This document shows positions 39,401-52,650 of a stretch of DNA of 64,000 nt, one piece after another. This DNA comes from Sminthopsis crassicaudata (Eukaryota). How positions within the stretch are numbered: the stretch's first letter is position 1; every line of letters begins with the position of its first letter. The stretch covers positions 556,608,465 through 556,672,464 of the forward strand of contig NC_133618.1 in NCBI RefSeq assembly GCF_048593235.1, given 5' to 3'. Below the pieces are notes generated by a model. That model saw only the letters and a list, made by a program, of their open reading frames with translations. It had not been told where the DNA came from and made no database searches. Both the position numbers and the translations under genes were made by a program.

Positions 39401-40635
39401 CATTTTCTATATATTACATTTTCTAGGTAATGTCTCTAGAAAACGTTCTTGTCAAAGATCATCAAATTTTTCCCAAAAAAATTTGTCTTCCTTTTAAATA
39501 CATCAAAAATTAGGAAGAGTCTAGTCCATTTTAAAGAATAAAAGTACTTTTTGCAAAAGTTTTGAAATCATATTATATAATCATTTCGCTAGAGCAGACT
39601 CTGATCTCCTACCTAGGTCACTAACTGATCTATTGTACACAAACTATCATGTAACATATGTTTTACAACTAGCAAAGTGTCAAATGTTAAAGATTTTAAA
39701 AAGAAAATAAAATTGATATGAAAATGTGACTGTGAAGTTTTTTAGCATATATTAATCATGTCAATCTTATCTTTTAGTTCCTAAAAGCATTTATCTTTAT
39801 CACTAGAGGCCTAACAATGGACAAAATTCTCCTCATTGTCAATTATCAATTTGCAACATGTTTGGAAATGTAGGGAAAAAAAGCCCTTCTTTAAAGGAAA
39901 TTGTTGGGATTCAGGACCACTCAACCAAAAAAGTGTGGGGGGAGAGAGAGAGAAAATTAACATTATTACTTCTCTTCAAAAGGAAGCTATACAATTGTTT
40001 TAGAAATAAAAACAAAAATCAAACTCAGTTCTTTAAAAAAAAATTGTCAAAGGAAAATTTTTAAATTCTAATAACTTCCTTTTTAAATTTGCTTCTGTCT
40101 GTTGATTATGATAACCTTACCTAGAATATATAAACATCTTTGAAATGGATAACCCCTGAGTTGGCCAGTTCATAATACAGATGTGCACCCTATTTTCTTT
40201 CATCATATATGTATTTTCTATTGCCATAGTACCTAGGCTGAGAATATATCTCAGGAGAAATGAAAGGGTATAGAACATTCACTCCATTAGTTCGAAACTC
40301 TGAAAAGATTAAATGTTGTTTTCCTCAAATTGATTTTATATATCCCTGCTGTTTTTGCTTAGTCCTTCACTTTGTACTTAGGTTTATATTACCCTTTGCT
40401 GAAAAGAAGTCCAATGCTGAAATATTAGAAAATTGGGGGTGGGGGGCAACTACACCATTGTTCAAAGGTAATATATATTGTTTTAGATGTTTGTCCTTGA
40501 ATTTAAAATAAAAGATATGTTAATAAGTGCCCTATTGAAGACTTTGCTCCCCTGCAATAAGAAGCTTGTTTTCATTTGATGAAAACTATTAATGCTAAAA
40601 CAAAAATTGTTTTGAATTCATTTGTAAGGGGTATG

Positions 40636-40815
40636 NNNNNNNNNNNNNNNNNNNNNNNNNNNNNNNNNNNNNNNNNNNNNNNNNNNNNNNNNNNNNNNNN
40701 NNNNNNNNNNNNNNNNNNNNNNNNNNNNNNNNNNNNNNNNNNNNNNNNNNNNNNNNNNNNNNNNNNNNNNNNNNNNNNNNNNNNNNNNNNNNNNNNNNNN
40801 NNNNNNNNNNNNNNN
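40636..40815. other. Assembly gap
   Basis: Run of N. Confidence 1.
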
Positions 40816-43800
40816 GTGTGAATGAAGGACATTTTTTTTTACTCTTATATATGGAAGTTTGTTAACCTGAGTTTGAATTACTGAATAATTAATTAATTAT
40901 ACTAATTACCTTTGTGGGGAAAAAAAAACATACTTTGTGTGCAAGTTAAGCTTAAGTCAAAAATTGTACCTTAAGGCTTAATATTGAAATAATTAAGATT
41001 GATTTAACATTTCAATAGTTTCTGTTTCAGAAGAAAATATTTGTTTTATATGAAACTTTCTGAAGAAGAATTTATTAGTTTTCAATTTACCATCATGCGG
41101 AAATCAGTATAGAGCTGCCATAACATTTTACTATTTTTAAATCAGATATGTGATAAGGCTAGAATATTTCCAGTTTGGGGAATGCTTTCTTTTTAAACTT
41201 TGTCCTGAAAAATTATATTTTCTCCAGTCAAAATTATTTATTTGTAATATGAAATTATTTATTTGAAGCATAAGAATTTGGGCAAGAGGAGCTTGTTTAT
41301 AAATTGTAAAGAGAATGAATTTAGAAACTGATACAGTCTTTGGACTTTCTTGGGAAAGTGTTCCCTCCTTCCCATCCCCCAGGGAATTTTGCTTTAGAAA
41401 GGAAGTATTTTAAAAGGATGAATATGCGCTCGAAAGCTCTGTAACTGGAAGAAAATGTCCTTGTTCTATATTGACTACATATGAAAAAAATTTAAAGGTT
41501 TTATTAATTCTCTATCTGAAAATATTGCCCTTATTTAAAAAAAAAAGTATAGCATAAAGCATATAAAGTGAATTGAATCTTGCAGACTCCTAAGAAATAA
41601 TTTATCAAGGAAAATAAATAAAAGACAAAAGGAGTAAAGCTATATTTTAATATTGACATAAAACAATTGAAAATTTCAAATTTGATCTGTTTAGGATTTT
41701 TCCCCTTTCCTGAAAAAAAAATTGTACTACCCCAATATTTTAAAAGGAAAGCCAGCATTTTATTTCTAAGATTTTCACTGCTTCCTGTGTCAACAGTTAT
41801 TTTAATGTGGAGTTCTAATTTAATTATACCTTCCAGTGAATGAAATTCATTGTTCATGAGTTCTTTGTGATCTTAATTAACTATGGCCAGTATCCGGGTT
41901 TTTTTTTTTTTTTTTTTTTTATCTTATTGGTGGGTTAGGAATAATTCAAATACTATGAGGGAAGCAGCAGATGAAAATTATTACCAAATTATTTTTTAGG
42001 AAGAAAGATAGAAATCAATTGTTATTTGTAGTTATACTTACACTAGGACATAGATATATAAACATCGGGTTTTCATTGTATTCAAACATGATAATAATTC
42101 TGCAAATATCTAAAATTTGGGAAATGATTTCATATTTCATTAGATTCACTACTTTTCTAAAGTAGATTGCTTCTAATATTACTACTTTAAATTATTTATC
42201 TTTAGTATATTTAAGATATACTGAAGAAAACATTATGTTAAACTCTTTCTAAAATAGCACATTTCTAAAATAGCACATAAAATAATACAACATTTGAATG
42301 TATTAAAATATTTGAATTATCTCTGAATATATACATCAAATGAACTTATTACATGGTATTTTCAAAGATGTTTTCCTGTTCTAATAGAACAAACTAAATA
42401 GAATGTTAAATCATTATCAAAATAACCTTAATAATGATAGGTTAAAAACAACTCTGAAAGCTGGCTAATAATAATTTTATTTCTCATCATTTTTGTCAAT
42501 ATTTGTGCTTGTTCTCCATAAAAAGGAAATCATTCTATCAAAATTGTACAAAATTTTATCTGCTACAAGTAGAAGAAATTTGTGATAAGACTAGCTAGAA
42601 TATTTCCAATTTGGGAAATGCTTTAATATTCAGAATGCCAAAACATATTTTTAAATACTTAGTCAATTACTATTCACATAGTAAATTCCAATAAACTGAT
42701 TAAATTCACAAAAGCTAAATTTGTAATACCGGTAGACTCAAAAGAATGAGAATTACATTTATTTGCTGCATTAATAAATAAAAACACATTTCCTTACTTT
42801 TTCAAAATAAATTTATCTTAACAAATAACTAATGGAAAAACTGAAAAAACAATAAAATGTTACATTTCTAATGAAAATCCCAAACATGAAAATAATATAA
42901 CTTTACACTTAAATTAAGATACTTTTTCAAAAATTAACTAGTTTGTATTATTTTTGTTATTATTTACAAAACTAAATTAAGTGAACTTGCAGTTATAAAT
43001 GGCCTACATTTATAAAAATAATTTTATCTAATTTTAAAATAAAATAAAATTATTTTCTTAATTCTGCTTATTATTTAGAATTATTATAAACAAGTTAAAT
43101 TATCTTTCTAGAAAGATTTCAATTATTTTCAGATAACTAGAGCAATCTTTAAGCGATAGCCTAGAAAAAAGTTGGGAAGATGTTTCTTGCTCTATCTTTA
43201 ATTCTCAATATTTCATTGTTCTTTTTAAAAGCTTTTGAAATCATTGCAACCTGCAACTAGCACCTGCCATAGATGAAAGAGTCCAAGAATTAACCATTTC
43301 ACTGCTTGAATGCTGACAATAAGTACTTTAGTATTTCATATATTTAGGAGATTTCTTATTGATGACATTAGTACAGAATCTGAAAGAATGCAGCCTTTTT
43401 AAAATTATTTAACATTTTCTCTTTCATCTATTTAGAAATTACTTTTTAAAATTAATCATTTCTTATATGAAACATCTTGTAGATTAGAATAAAAGGCATT
43501 CCAGATGCTTCTTTAAAGCACTAAATGTTTTCAAAAGATAATAAAACTAATTTTTTTGTTAAAATACTACATTAAAGTATTGTTTACATATTTCAAAAAT
43601 CATACTTTTGCCCTTTAATCTTTTCTTCTCTGGAAGATTGTCCTTTGCAAAGGACATTCAGATGATATTATCTGAATATATCAAAATGAATCAACCAGTT
43701 CTAGAATGAAATATAGAATATAACTTTCAAAAATCAGAAAGTAGTTACTCCTAATGATATCTAATAGGAAAAAAAAATCCCTCTAATTACATTCAAATCA

Positions 43801-44786
43801 TTTCAAATATTTGCTTTCACTTTCAGGAAATGTCCTCCATGGCATTTTTTAAATCTGCAAATAAAGACAGTTCTTTGGCATCTAGAGAGTAAAAATATTT
43901 TTTGAACCAACACAAATGAGACTGAAAGAAATAACAAATATTTTCAGACATATTTGTGAATAAGCATTAAATGAGTTCATTGTCTTATGCCTTCTAACGG
44001 CAATCCTAATGAAAAGATTTACAGAGCAAAATTCAAGTTGAAAATACAACATAACTCAAACTGAAGCTTTCTCTACTCTGATTATTTTAGTTTACTGTTT
44101 TGAAGTCTATTAAACAAGGGAGAAAGTTGGCAATTTTCAAATTACTGAATTGAAGATGATCATTATTTTGACAAGGCCACCCCCACTATGATAGGGCAAT
44201 GTAATCAGAATCTTGAATTAAATCAAGTTTCTGTCTAAAAAGAATAAACTATTCATCAGTAAATGTTCTTAATGGAAACCTTGAAAATATTTCATTATTC
44301 CTAATTTAATTAAGAAGCTTTGCAACAGTTAACTATAGCCCAACTACATTGAAGGGAGTGTATTTGTAGGGCACCCATAAGCAAAAGTGCACACAATCCT
44401 GATTTGAACTTTAACATTGTATATCAGAAAAAGTGACCTGTTAGCTTAGCAAATACTCATTTATATACTAGTGATGAAACAGCTCAGAAACATTGATTAC
44501 ATATTACTGAGGAAGATTTGCTTAAATACTAACATGCAAATTAAATATTCATAAATATTTATTTTGAGTTTATGATAATATTCAATACAATTACATTGTT
44601 ACTGTACATAAACTACACATGTGTGTGTGCCTAGCATTCATGTATAAGTATGTAAGGGAGTATTTGTATATATATGTACAATTTTAATATTCCTTCTGTC
44701 ATTAACTTCACAGAGCTATGAGATCACTCCTAGGAATCCTCTCTTTTGCCAGAGAACACTTTGAGTTACCAACCCTAAACATTATG

Positions 44787-44830
44787 ATATATATATCTAT
44801 ATGTATATATATACATATAGATATATATAT
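44787..44830. repeat. 44-bp perfect AT-rich palindrome
   Basis: ATATATATATCTATATGTATAT|ATATACATATAGATATATATAT equals its own reverse complement. Confidence 0.9.
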
Positions 44831-44959
44831 GTATCTGTTATACATATTGTATATATGTTGTATCTGCCCAGAAGTGTTGCAGTACCATCTTTCTGTTCTT
44901 AAGGAAGATATTGGTATAGGATGTGGAGACTCCAGGAAAATGTACACACATGAGGCTCA

Positions 44960-45190
44960 GAAGGGTTGTAGAATTAAAGATGGAACATATGATAGATATT
45001 ATCAAGTCCAATGTTCTAATTTTACTGAGGAAATTTTACTGTTCTAATTTACTGAGGAAACTGTGAGTTCAAGAGATTCAGTGGCTTGCTCAGGAGAACA
45101 GAACCATTAAGTGTCCCAGTCAGGGATGGAACTTGGGTCTCAATGATTCCAAAAGCCTAGTGCTCAATCCACTACTTCACACTGTCTCTA
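44960..45190 (-). mobile_element. MIR3/MIRc-like SINE with internal ~28-bp tandem duplication
   Basis: AGAATTAAAGATGGAAC...(TGTTCTAATTTTACTGAGGAAA)x2...GGAACTTGGGTCTC...TCAATCCACTAC. Confidence 0.6.
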
Positions 45191-48100
45191 AAGAAAGAGG
45201 AAAGGAAAAATTCATTTCGAACCATTCAATTGCTATATAGAAATATCAAAGATCATCATTACAAAATGCCACAACTCTATCTGCAAATAGTGACTGCCAT
45301 GATAGAACTAGCCTCATGCACATCTTGACCTTCTTCAAAAATTAGACTTTATATTTGGTTTGTGTTTTCATTGTTTGCTTTCTTTAATTTTTGTCAGGGT
45401 GCTTGCTTTCCAACTCTCTCGCTCTAAAATTGTGTGAAGATGATAATTCTCTGGTGGATTTATAGACAGATTAGAATGTCCTTCGGTCCATTTGGTGCTT
45501 TCCCCACATGCAATATCTCTGAATGGCTGTGGATGGTAAAAAGAGGAATCAGTAAGTTGTGCATGATATTATGAGCTTGGCTAAACTGGGGGCGGCTCCT
45601 CTACTCAGCTAAATTAAAAACCTCCCTGCAATTCCAATGTTAATCACCCCCCTCTGATGTTGTAATTGATGATGGTCAGTTAACTCTTTAGCTCCTTCTG
45701 CATTCAAATATTTTTGTATCTATTAGCATTCATACTTTCTATTTATTAAACCACTTGAGGAAGAATCACATAGCAAGTAACCTCAATAACTGATGTTATC
45801 TTGAGAGGAAAAATGGTTTAAACTAAATCAGAATTCACAGGTTTGAGTTACTGATATATTTTTTTTTTCATCTGATTTAGGATAGAAAAGAAAAAAGACA
45901 TAATAAAATTATGAGATTTGAACATTTAAATTTTGTATTTCAATCATTTCAAAACTGATACTCCTTAGGTATACAATTTGAGATCCAATTGATAAAGCAT
46001 CTGACTTAATTGGTTAAGTCCCATTAAAATAATTTTTAAAAGAGTAGCCAATGATAAAAAGAAAATTAACACTCTCTACATTTAATAAATGCCATCTCAT
46101 TATGAAAACTAGCTCAAAGAATAGATATGATAAAGGATAAAATGATGTATAACCTTTATGTCCACTATGACTAAATAAATTAGTAGTGGTAAAGTTCATT
46201 TAAATGGGGCCATTAAAAGGGCCTGAATTCCAGAGAAAATGGTAATCAGCCTGGACTGTTAATAAGGAGAGCTTCCAGATAAACAAATTAGACAACTATC
46301 TCCAATGTGCATGTGCACACGAGCAAGAGGCTTGGAATTAAAACATAGATCTAGTTAGTTTATATAGCCATAATATCACTGAAATATTAGGATATGGCAG
46401 AGCATGTCAGATTGAAGTGTTGAATTCAAGCTAAATGGAGTAGTAATGTCTTCATCTTGGCAGCAGTTCCCTCATTTGTAAAATTAAAAAGTTAGAAAAG
46501 AAAATCTTTAAGATCCTTGGACCTTTTAAATCTGATGATCAAGATGAACTCTTCAAGAATAGTCAAATGGTGACAAGTTAGTAGAGACTTAAGTGACTTC
46601 TGATTTCCTAAACCTGCCAACATAAGAACAAATTCCTCAACTAAATTTGAAAAGAATAAGGATTAAGAGTGATGGAAGGGGTAAAATAGTCCATTTTCCT
46701 AAGTTAAGTATTCTTCCTCTAAACATCTAAGGTTGTATATTATTCTAGTATCCAATAAGAATCAACTAGTACCACACATACATTTTCATTATTTCTCAAT
46801 TCTGGGATATAGGAAGCAGAAAAGAATCTATTGGTTTAATTGAAAGTTACTCCCCAGTCACAACCAGAGGATAAACCAACCCAGTGAAAGAGGATAGGAG
46901 AGAGTTATAGATTTTCCTGTAGCATTGTGGTCAAAAGAATTTACTCCCTTTGCTTTAAAAACTAACTCACTACCATCTGGAGTGGTATAAATTTGACTTC
47001 TCTTTGATGACTCTAATAATATAACTCCTCATCTTCTCCTTTACTTTCCCAAGGTTTTGTAGACCTAAAACTATGTTAGAGTCTAAAATGGGTATTGACT
47101 ATCAAAAGATAGTTAGATTCTACTCAGGATACTTATATTCTTTTCCCCCTTATCCCAACAGATGGCTGTTCTCCTTATAAAACAGTATCATGCACTCAGG
47201 TGGGCATTGCATTGTGTTATGAGTGAAATGTGCATAAATAAGAACTATCAATCCCTGCTCCTTCTGTCAGTAGTCAGTACTCTCTCTGGTGCTAATCAAA
47301 TACCACATTTAGGACAATGACTAACAGAACTGGGGTAATTAGAACTCCTACTACAATTTCAATTTTCTGAATTTTGGACCAGACAATAGATGAACAAATC
47401 TTACCTCAGGCATTAAAAAAGAAGGAAAAAAAAAAGTTTCTTGCAAAATTATGTGACAATATGGGGACAGAACATAGGCTCATCTATTTTACTTCAGAAC
47501 ATGTTTTTCAAATGCCAAAGTACTTTGAAGAGTGATTGAGATGAAATTACCATTTGTATTAATAATAGTAATTAAAATAGAGATGAATTTTCTAGAAAAA
47601 ATTCCTCATAAGCTTGCATGTTTAGCTTATTTTTTAATTATTTTTTTAAAATAAGCACTCTAAAATAAAATATCCTATCTCACCTATTAAATTTTTGTAA
47701 TCTTGATTAGGGAATGAAAAAGATTTCAAGTAACAACATCATCACTGGTACCATGTTTTGAAAATGTTTGTAACCTAAAGCCCACCTAATATATTAATAG
47801 TATTGTCAATTTTTGTTTAAATTAGAAATGTGAAAATAATAAGTGATTTTATTAATATATGTTTTTAAAAAAAAGAAGGAAAAAAAGACAATGTTTGCAA
47901 TATGCAAAGAGGTTCATGCCTGTAGTCCAAATCTATATTGCTGATTCAGCAAAACACTTAGCACACCACCCCCTCACCTCCCATTCCCACCCTCACCGAT
48001 TCTGGCACCCTACATGTTGGTAAAGTATGGAGCTATAATGAAACAAGCTGTTGAGACATCTGAGAACAGAGTAGTCTTGTCATTAGAGAGACTCACTAGA

Positions 48101-48870
48101 GTATTTTCTTATCTTGCTCCTCATCACCCTGGATCTGTTCCACACAAGGGCAGAAAAGGTGAGAATGCAATCCCTCTGTCCCTCATTGTATGGCTTAACT
48201 TTACAGTCACACAAAACAAAACCAGTTAGGAAAACAACTCTGTGTTTTTGCCCCTCAGCATGGCACATATTTAAATTAGTGATGCCAAGTACTTTTCTTT
48301 AGTAGTTTTTAAATGTCCCCCTGCTGAGCAGTAAATCTTATAATATTTTAGCGTCCTGATGTGAGCAGCATGGATTTCCTGTGGCTTTGCAGGAGACATA
48401 TGGAATCGGTGTTATAGCCTTCACAAGTTGCCAACCGAAATTTGTGGAACATCTCCTCCAAATAGTGCTGGTATGCTTTTCCTGACTGCAACAGATAGTG
48501 TTTGTTTTTTGAAGATTCATGATTTGAACATATTCAGCTTAGTTTATGACTTCCCTTAGGAGGAAGTGGACTATAGTGTATTATTGGTCTATATTGTGCT
48601 TTATTATTGTCTAGAGAGCAGAGAGACAAAGAGGTTCATCCCCGTGTGACCTAAATTTCAGTCAAAAACTAAGGTAGTAAGATTTAGTTGGTGCCTTGGT
48701 AACAGAAAACAAGAAGCTATTAGCCTCTCTAGTTAGAGATTAAAAATCAAAATGCATAATTTTCACATTGATTTTTAGGGGGTGGGGGGGAACATCATGA
48801 CCGAGGGAAACAGACTTGAAGGAAGTATTTTACTCAAAGCCAAGGATGAGGGAGGGTTATTTCTATTTCT

Positions 48871-48891
48871 CACACACACACACACACACAC
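48871..48891. repeat. (CA)n microsatellite
   Basis: Directly visible. Confidence 0.9.
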
Positions 48892-49079
48892 TTCCCCCTG
48901 CCTCCAAACTCAAAGGTCACAAGAGAAAAGAAGCAATTAGCTGAGAGAAGCCAAATAGCTTAGGTAGAATATCAGAACCCTTAGAGGAAAATTGATGTTT
49001 ATAAGTGTTATATACCTAGAAGACACTCACCCTTTGTTCTAGAGAGTCCTGGGAATAAGAATGTTCACCAACAAAATCA

Positions 49080-49270
49080 TCAAATTTTTGAATGTTAGAG
49101 TTGAAAGAAGGTTAGAGATAATTCGGCCCAACATCCTCATTTTATAGAACTGAAGCCCAGAGAAATGAAATGATTACGAAAGTACAGAGCACCATTTAAT
49201 GGCAGGCAATACAGTTACTAAAAACTAGATCATCTAACTTCCAGTCCAATGGTGTTTACAATATAATACA
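49080..49270 (-). mobile_element. MIR fragment
   Basis: GAATGTTAGAGTTGAAAGAAGG...CCTCATTTTATAGAACTGAAGCCCAGAGA...AACTTCCAGTCCA. Confidence 0.55.
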
Positions 49271-50096
49271 CTAGAACAGTGTTTTAGGGCGCAAAATTAC
49301 AGCCCAAATGATAGACCATTATGTCATTAGTGAGTTTTGATCATATTGGGAATATAATGGTAAGAAGCTTCAGATACATATGATTTCAATATAGACAGAA
49401 ATGTTGTTTATCCATTAATAAGTAGAATATACTGTTGACACTTTCATTTGTTTGGTATATTCCTGAACTTTGTAAAAGTATTCTGTTATGTACCAGTGAT
49501 CCATTCTGAGCATTATATAAGAACAGGTAAGATAAGGATCCCTGACATGCCCACCTATATTGTTGCTTAAATAGGATTAAAATATTAAGATTAAACATTA
49601 ATATGATATTTTTTACTCCTTCAATGAAATGTGGTGCTCAGAAGCCCCTGGGCATCAGTGTTGAGCAAGAAGAAAAAGTAACATATCAGAAGCAGTGGTC
49701 CCTAAGCTAGAAAAATCCAGAAACCAAATCAATCTTACCCCAAAGATGTGTCTCCTGAAAAAATGAATTAGCATATAGCAGGAGTCAAAGGTAGACACAT
49801 TTTGCTTTTTCTTTTCACCTTTAGCCTGAAAGGGAATCAAAGGAAGATAAAAAATATGCATTCTTATTTCCAGATTGAGGGAAACACAGTGGTTCACTAT
49901 GACTCAGATCTCAATATGTAAAGGATCACCGACATACCAGACATCTTGGACATAAAGCATGCTTGTTGCCCAGGTCTTTCAGCCTAGCACCTTTGCCACT
50001 CCAAAATAGCTATTTAACCAAATATTAATGATCTTTTCAACAAGGCTATTCATCATTATGCAAAAAGCTAAAAATTAGCACAAAATGTCATCAATA

Positions 50097-50853
50097 ACTG
50101 CCCCGAAGACTATCAAATTGTGCATATCCTTTGATCCAATAGTGAATCTACTGAGTCTGTATCCCAAAGAGATCATAAAAAAGGAAAGGGACCCAAAGGT
50201 GCAAAAATATTTGTGGCAGCTCTTTTTTGTGGTGGCAAGGTACTGGAAACTGAGTGGATGCCCATTAGTTGAAGAATAGCTGAAAAAAGTTATGGTATAT
50301 GAATGTTGGGAATATTATTGTTCTATATGAAACGATCAGCAGGATTATTTCAGAAAAGCCTGGAGGAGACACTTATATGAAATGATGTTAAGTGAAGTGA
50401 GTAGAAGTGAGTTGAACACAGAAACAAGATTATGTGATGATCAGTTCTGATGGACATGGCCCTTTTCAACAATGAGGTGATTCAAGCCAATCCCAATACA
50501 CTTGTGATGGAGAGTCCTCTGCACCCAGAGAGGGGACTGTGGGGACTGAATGTGTAACACAACATAGAATTTTCATCTTTTTTGTTGTTTGCTTGTTTTT
50601 TTTCTGATTTGTTTTTCCTTTTTGATCTGAGTTTTCTCGTGCAGCATGATAAATGTGGAAATATGCACATGTGGAAGTATTGCACATGTTTAACATATAT
50701 TGGATAACTTTCTGTCTAGGGGAAGGGATTAGGGGAAAGGAGTGAGAAAATTTTGGAATACAAAGTTTTACAAGGGTAAATGTTGAAAACTATCTTTGCA
50801 TATAATTTGAAAATTAAAAAAAAAACTATTATTTAAAAAATAAAGGGGAAAAA
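50097..50853 (+). mobile_element. 5'-truncated L1 (ORF2 C-terminus + 3' UTR), nested in an older L1 fragment
   Basis: ORF2 end (KLCISFDP..LLSLYPKEIIKK...LFVVARYWKLSGCP..EE*L.KLWYM), marsupial L1 3' UTR and poly(A). Probable TSD TCATCAATA at 50088-50096 and 50854-50862. Confidence 0.85.
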
Positions 50854-51369
50854 TCATCAATAGAAGGAACAACCAATGAGGAAGGAGACCTGCATTTGCT
50901 CTCCAAATCAAAAGTTGTAATAGTTAATTGGAATAATATATACAAAGTTAAATGCTTTGCCCTGAACACACAGCATAGATGTGTCAGAGATAGAACTTGA
51001 CTCAGGCCTTCTCAATTCTGAAGCTGGCTCACTACCTACAATTCCTTAGTTAGGAACAAGTATTTAGTGATTACTATGCATCAAACATTTCACCAAAATC
51101 TGGAGATACAAAGAAAGACCAAAACTGCTCCAACTTTCAAGAACTCAAATCCTAATGAGTGAAACAATATGCATAAAAATGGAATTACAATATATATAAG
51201 AGAAGGTAATCTGAAAGATATAACAATAGTAATGGAGAACATCAGGAAATGTATTCTTCAAAAGATAGTTTTGAAGTGAGTTTTGAATGAACTAGGGAAG
51301 TCAGTAAACAGAAACAAAGAAGGAAAGTATTCCAGGCATTGGTGACAACTAGTAAAAAACTATAGAGGG

Positions 51370-51479
51370 GTGGGACAGCTAGATTGCACAGCACAGGCCC
51401 TGAAGTCAGGAGTTCAATCTGGACTCACACACCTACCACTTCCTAGCTTTGTGAATCTGACCAAATCACTTAATCCCAA
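51370..51479 (+). mobile_element. WSINE1-like short CORE-SINE, running into a gap
   Basis: GGGACAGCTAG...GGCCCTGAAGTCAGGAG...CACTTCCTAGC...AAATCACTTAATCCCAA. Confidence 0.7.
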
Positions 51480-51915
51480 NNNNNNNNNNNNNNNNNNNNN
51501 NNNNNNNNNNNNNNNNNNNNNNNNNNNNNNNNNNNNNNNNNNNNNNNNNNNNNNNNNNNNNNNNNNNNNNNNNNNNNNNNNNNNNNNNNNNNNNNNNNNN
51601 NNNNNNNNNNNNNNNNNNNNNNNNNNNNNNNNNNNNNNNNNNNNNNNNNNNNNNNNNNNNNNNNNNNNNNNNNNNNNNNNNNNNNNNNNNNNNNNNNNNN
51701 NNNNNNNNNNNNNNNNNNNNNNNNNNNNNNNNNNNNNNNNNNNNNNNNNNNNNNNNNNNNNNNNNNNNNNNNNNNNNNNNNNNNNNNNNNNNNNNNNNNN
51801 NNNNNNNNNNNNNNNNNNNNNNNNNNNNNNNNNNNNNNNNNNNNNNNNNNNNNNNNNNNNNNNNNNNNNNNNNNNNNNNNNNNNNNNNNNNNNNNNNNNN
51901 NNNNNNNNNNNNNNN
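51480..51915. other. Assembly gap
   Basis: Run of N. Confidence 1.
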
Positions 51916-52187
51916 GGATCAAAGTAAAAATTTCAGTGTCACTGAATTATAGATTGCTGTAAATATAGAGGGGAGTGAGTTGTAAAGATATGATTGAAAA
52001 AGTAGGAGGGAATCCAGGTTATGAAGGAACTTAGTCAAATAGAAGTTTTCAGTTTGATCCTAGGTCATATAAGAAGACACTCGAATTATCTTTCTCAATC
52101 CCTATTGCTGTTTCTGACCATGTGTGTATATTTCTGTCTCTATCACTAACTAAAAAAAAAAAAATTAAATATATTGAATTACAGTTA

Positions 52188-52420
52188 CTGTTGCTGTTTT
52201 TCAGATGTTTTAGTCATGTTCAGCTCTTTATGACCCATTTGAGGTTTTCTTGCTAAAGATAATAGAACGATTTGTTATTCCTTCTTCATCTCCTTTTACA
52301 AATGAGGAAATTGAGGCAAACATAATTAAGTGACTCACCAAGGTTCACACATGGTAGTAAGTGTCTGAAACTAAATTTGAATTCAAGAAAATGAGTCTTC
52401 CTGTCTGGCACTCTAGATAT
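52188..52420 (-). mobile_element. Mar1-type CORE-SINE
   Basis: TTTAGTCATGTTCAGCTCTTTATGACCCATTTGAGGTTTTCTTG...TTTTACAAATGAGGAAATTGAGGCAAAC...ATTTGAATTCAAG. Confidence 0.75.
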
Positions 52421-52595
52421 CTAATATTATTGTTGTCAGTAGGTTTAAGTGAATTTACTCTTCCTTTTTAATTAACAATAATTTATTAAAAACCTACTAT
52501 GTTCTAAGAATTAGGAATACTAAGGTCAAAAAAAGTCTCAGCTCTCAGCTCTCAAAAAACTCTCAATCTGATTTTCAGTTATATTGTAGCTTGTC

Positions 52596-52597
<2 letters not shown>

Positions 52598-52646
<49 letters not shown>
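52598..52646. repeat. (TG)n microsatellite
   Basis: Directly visible, about 24 units. Confidence 0.97.
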
Positions 52647-52650
<4 letters not shown>

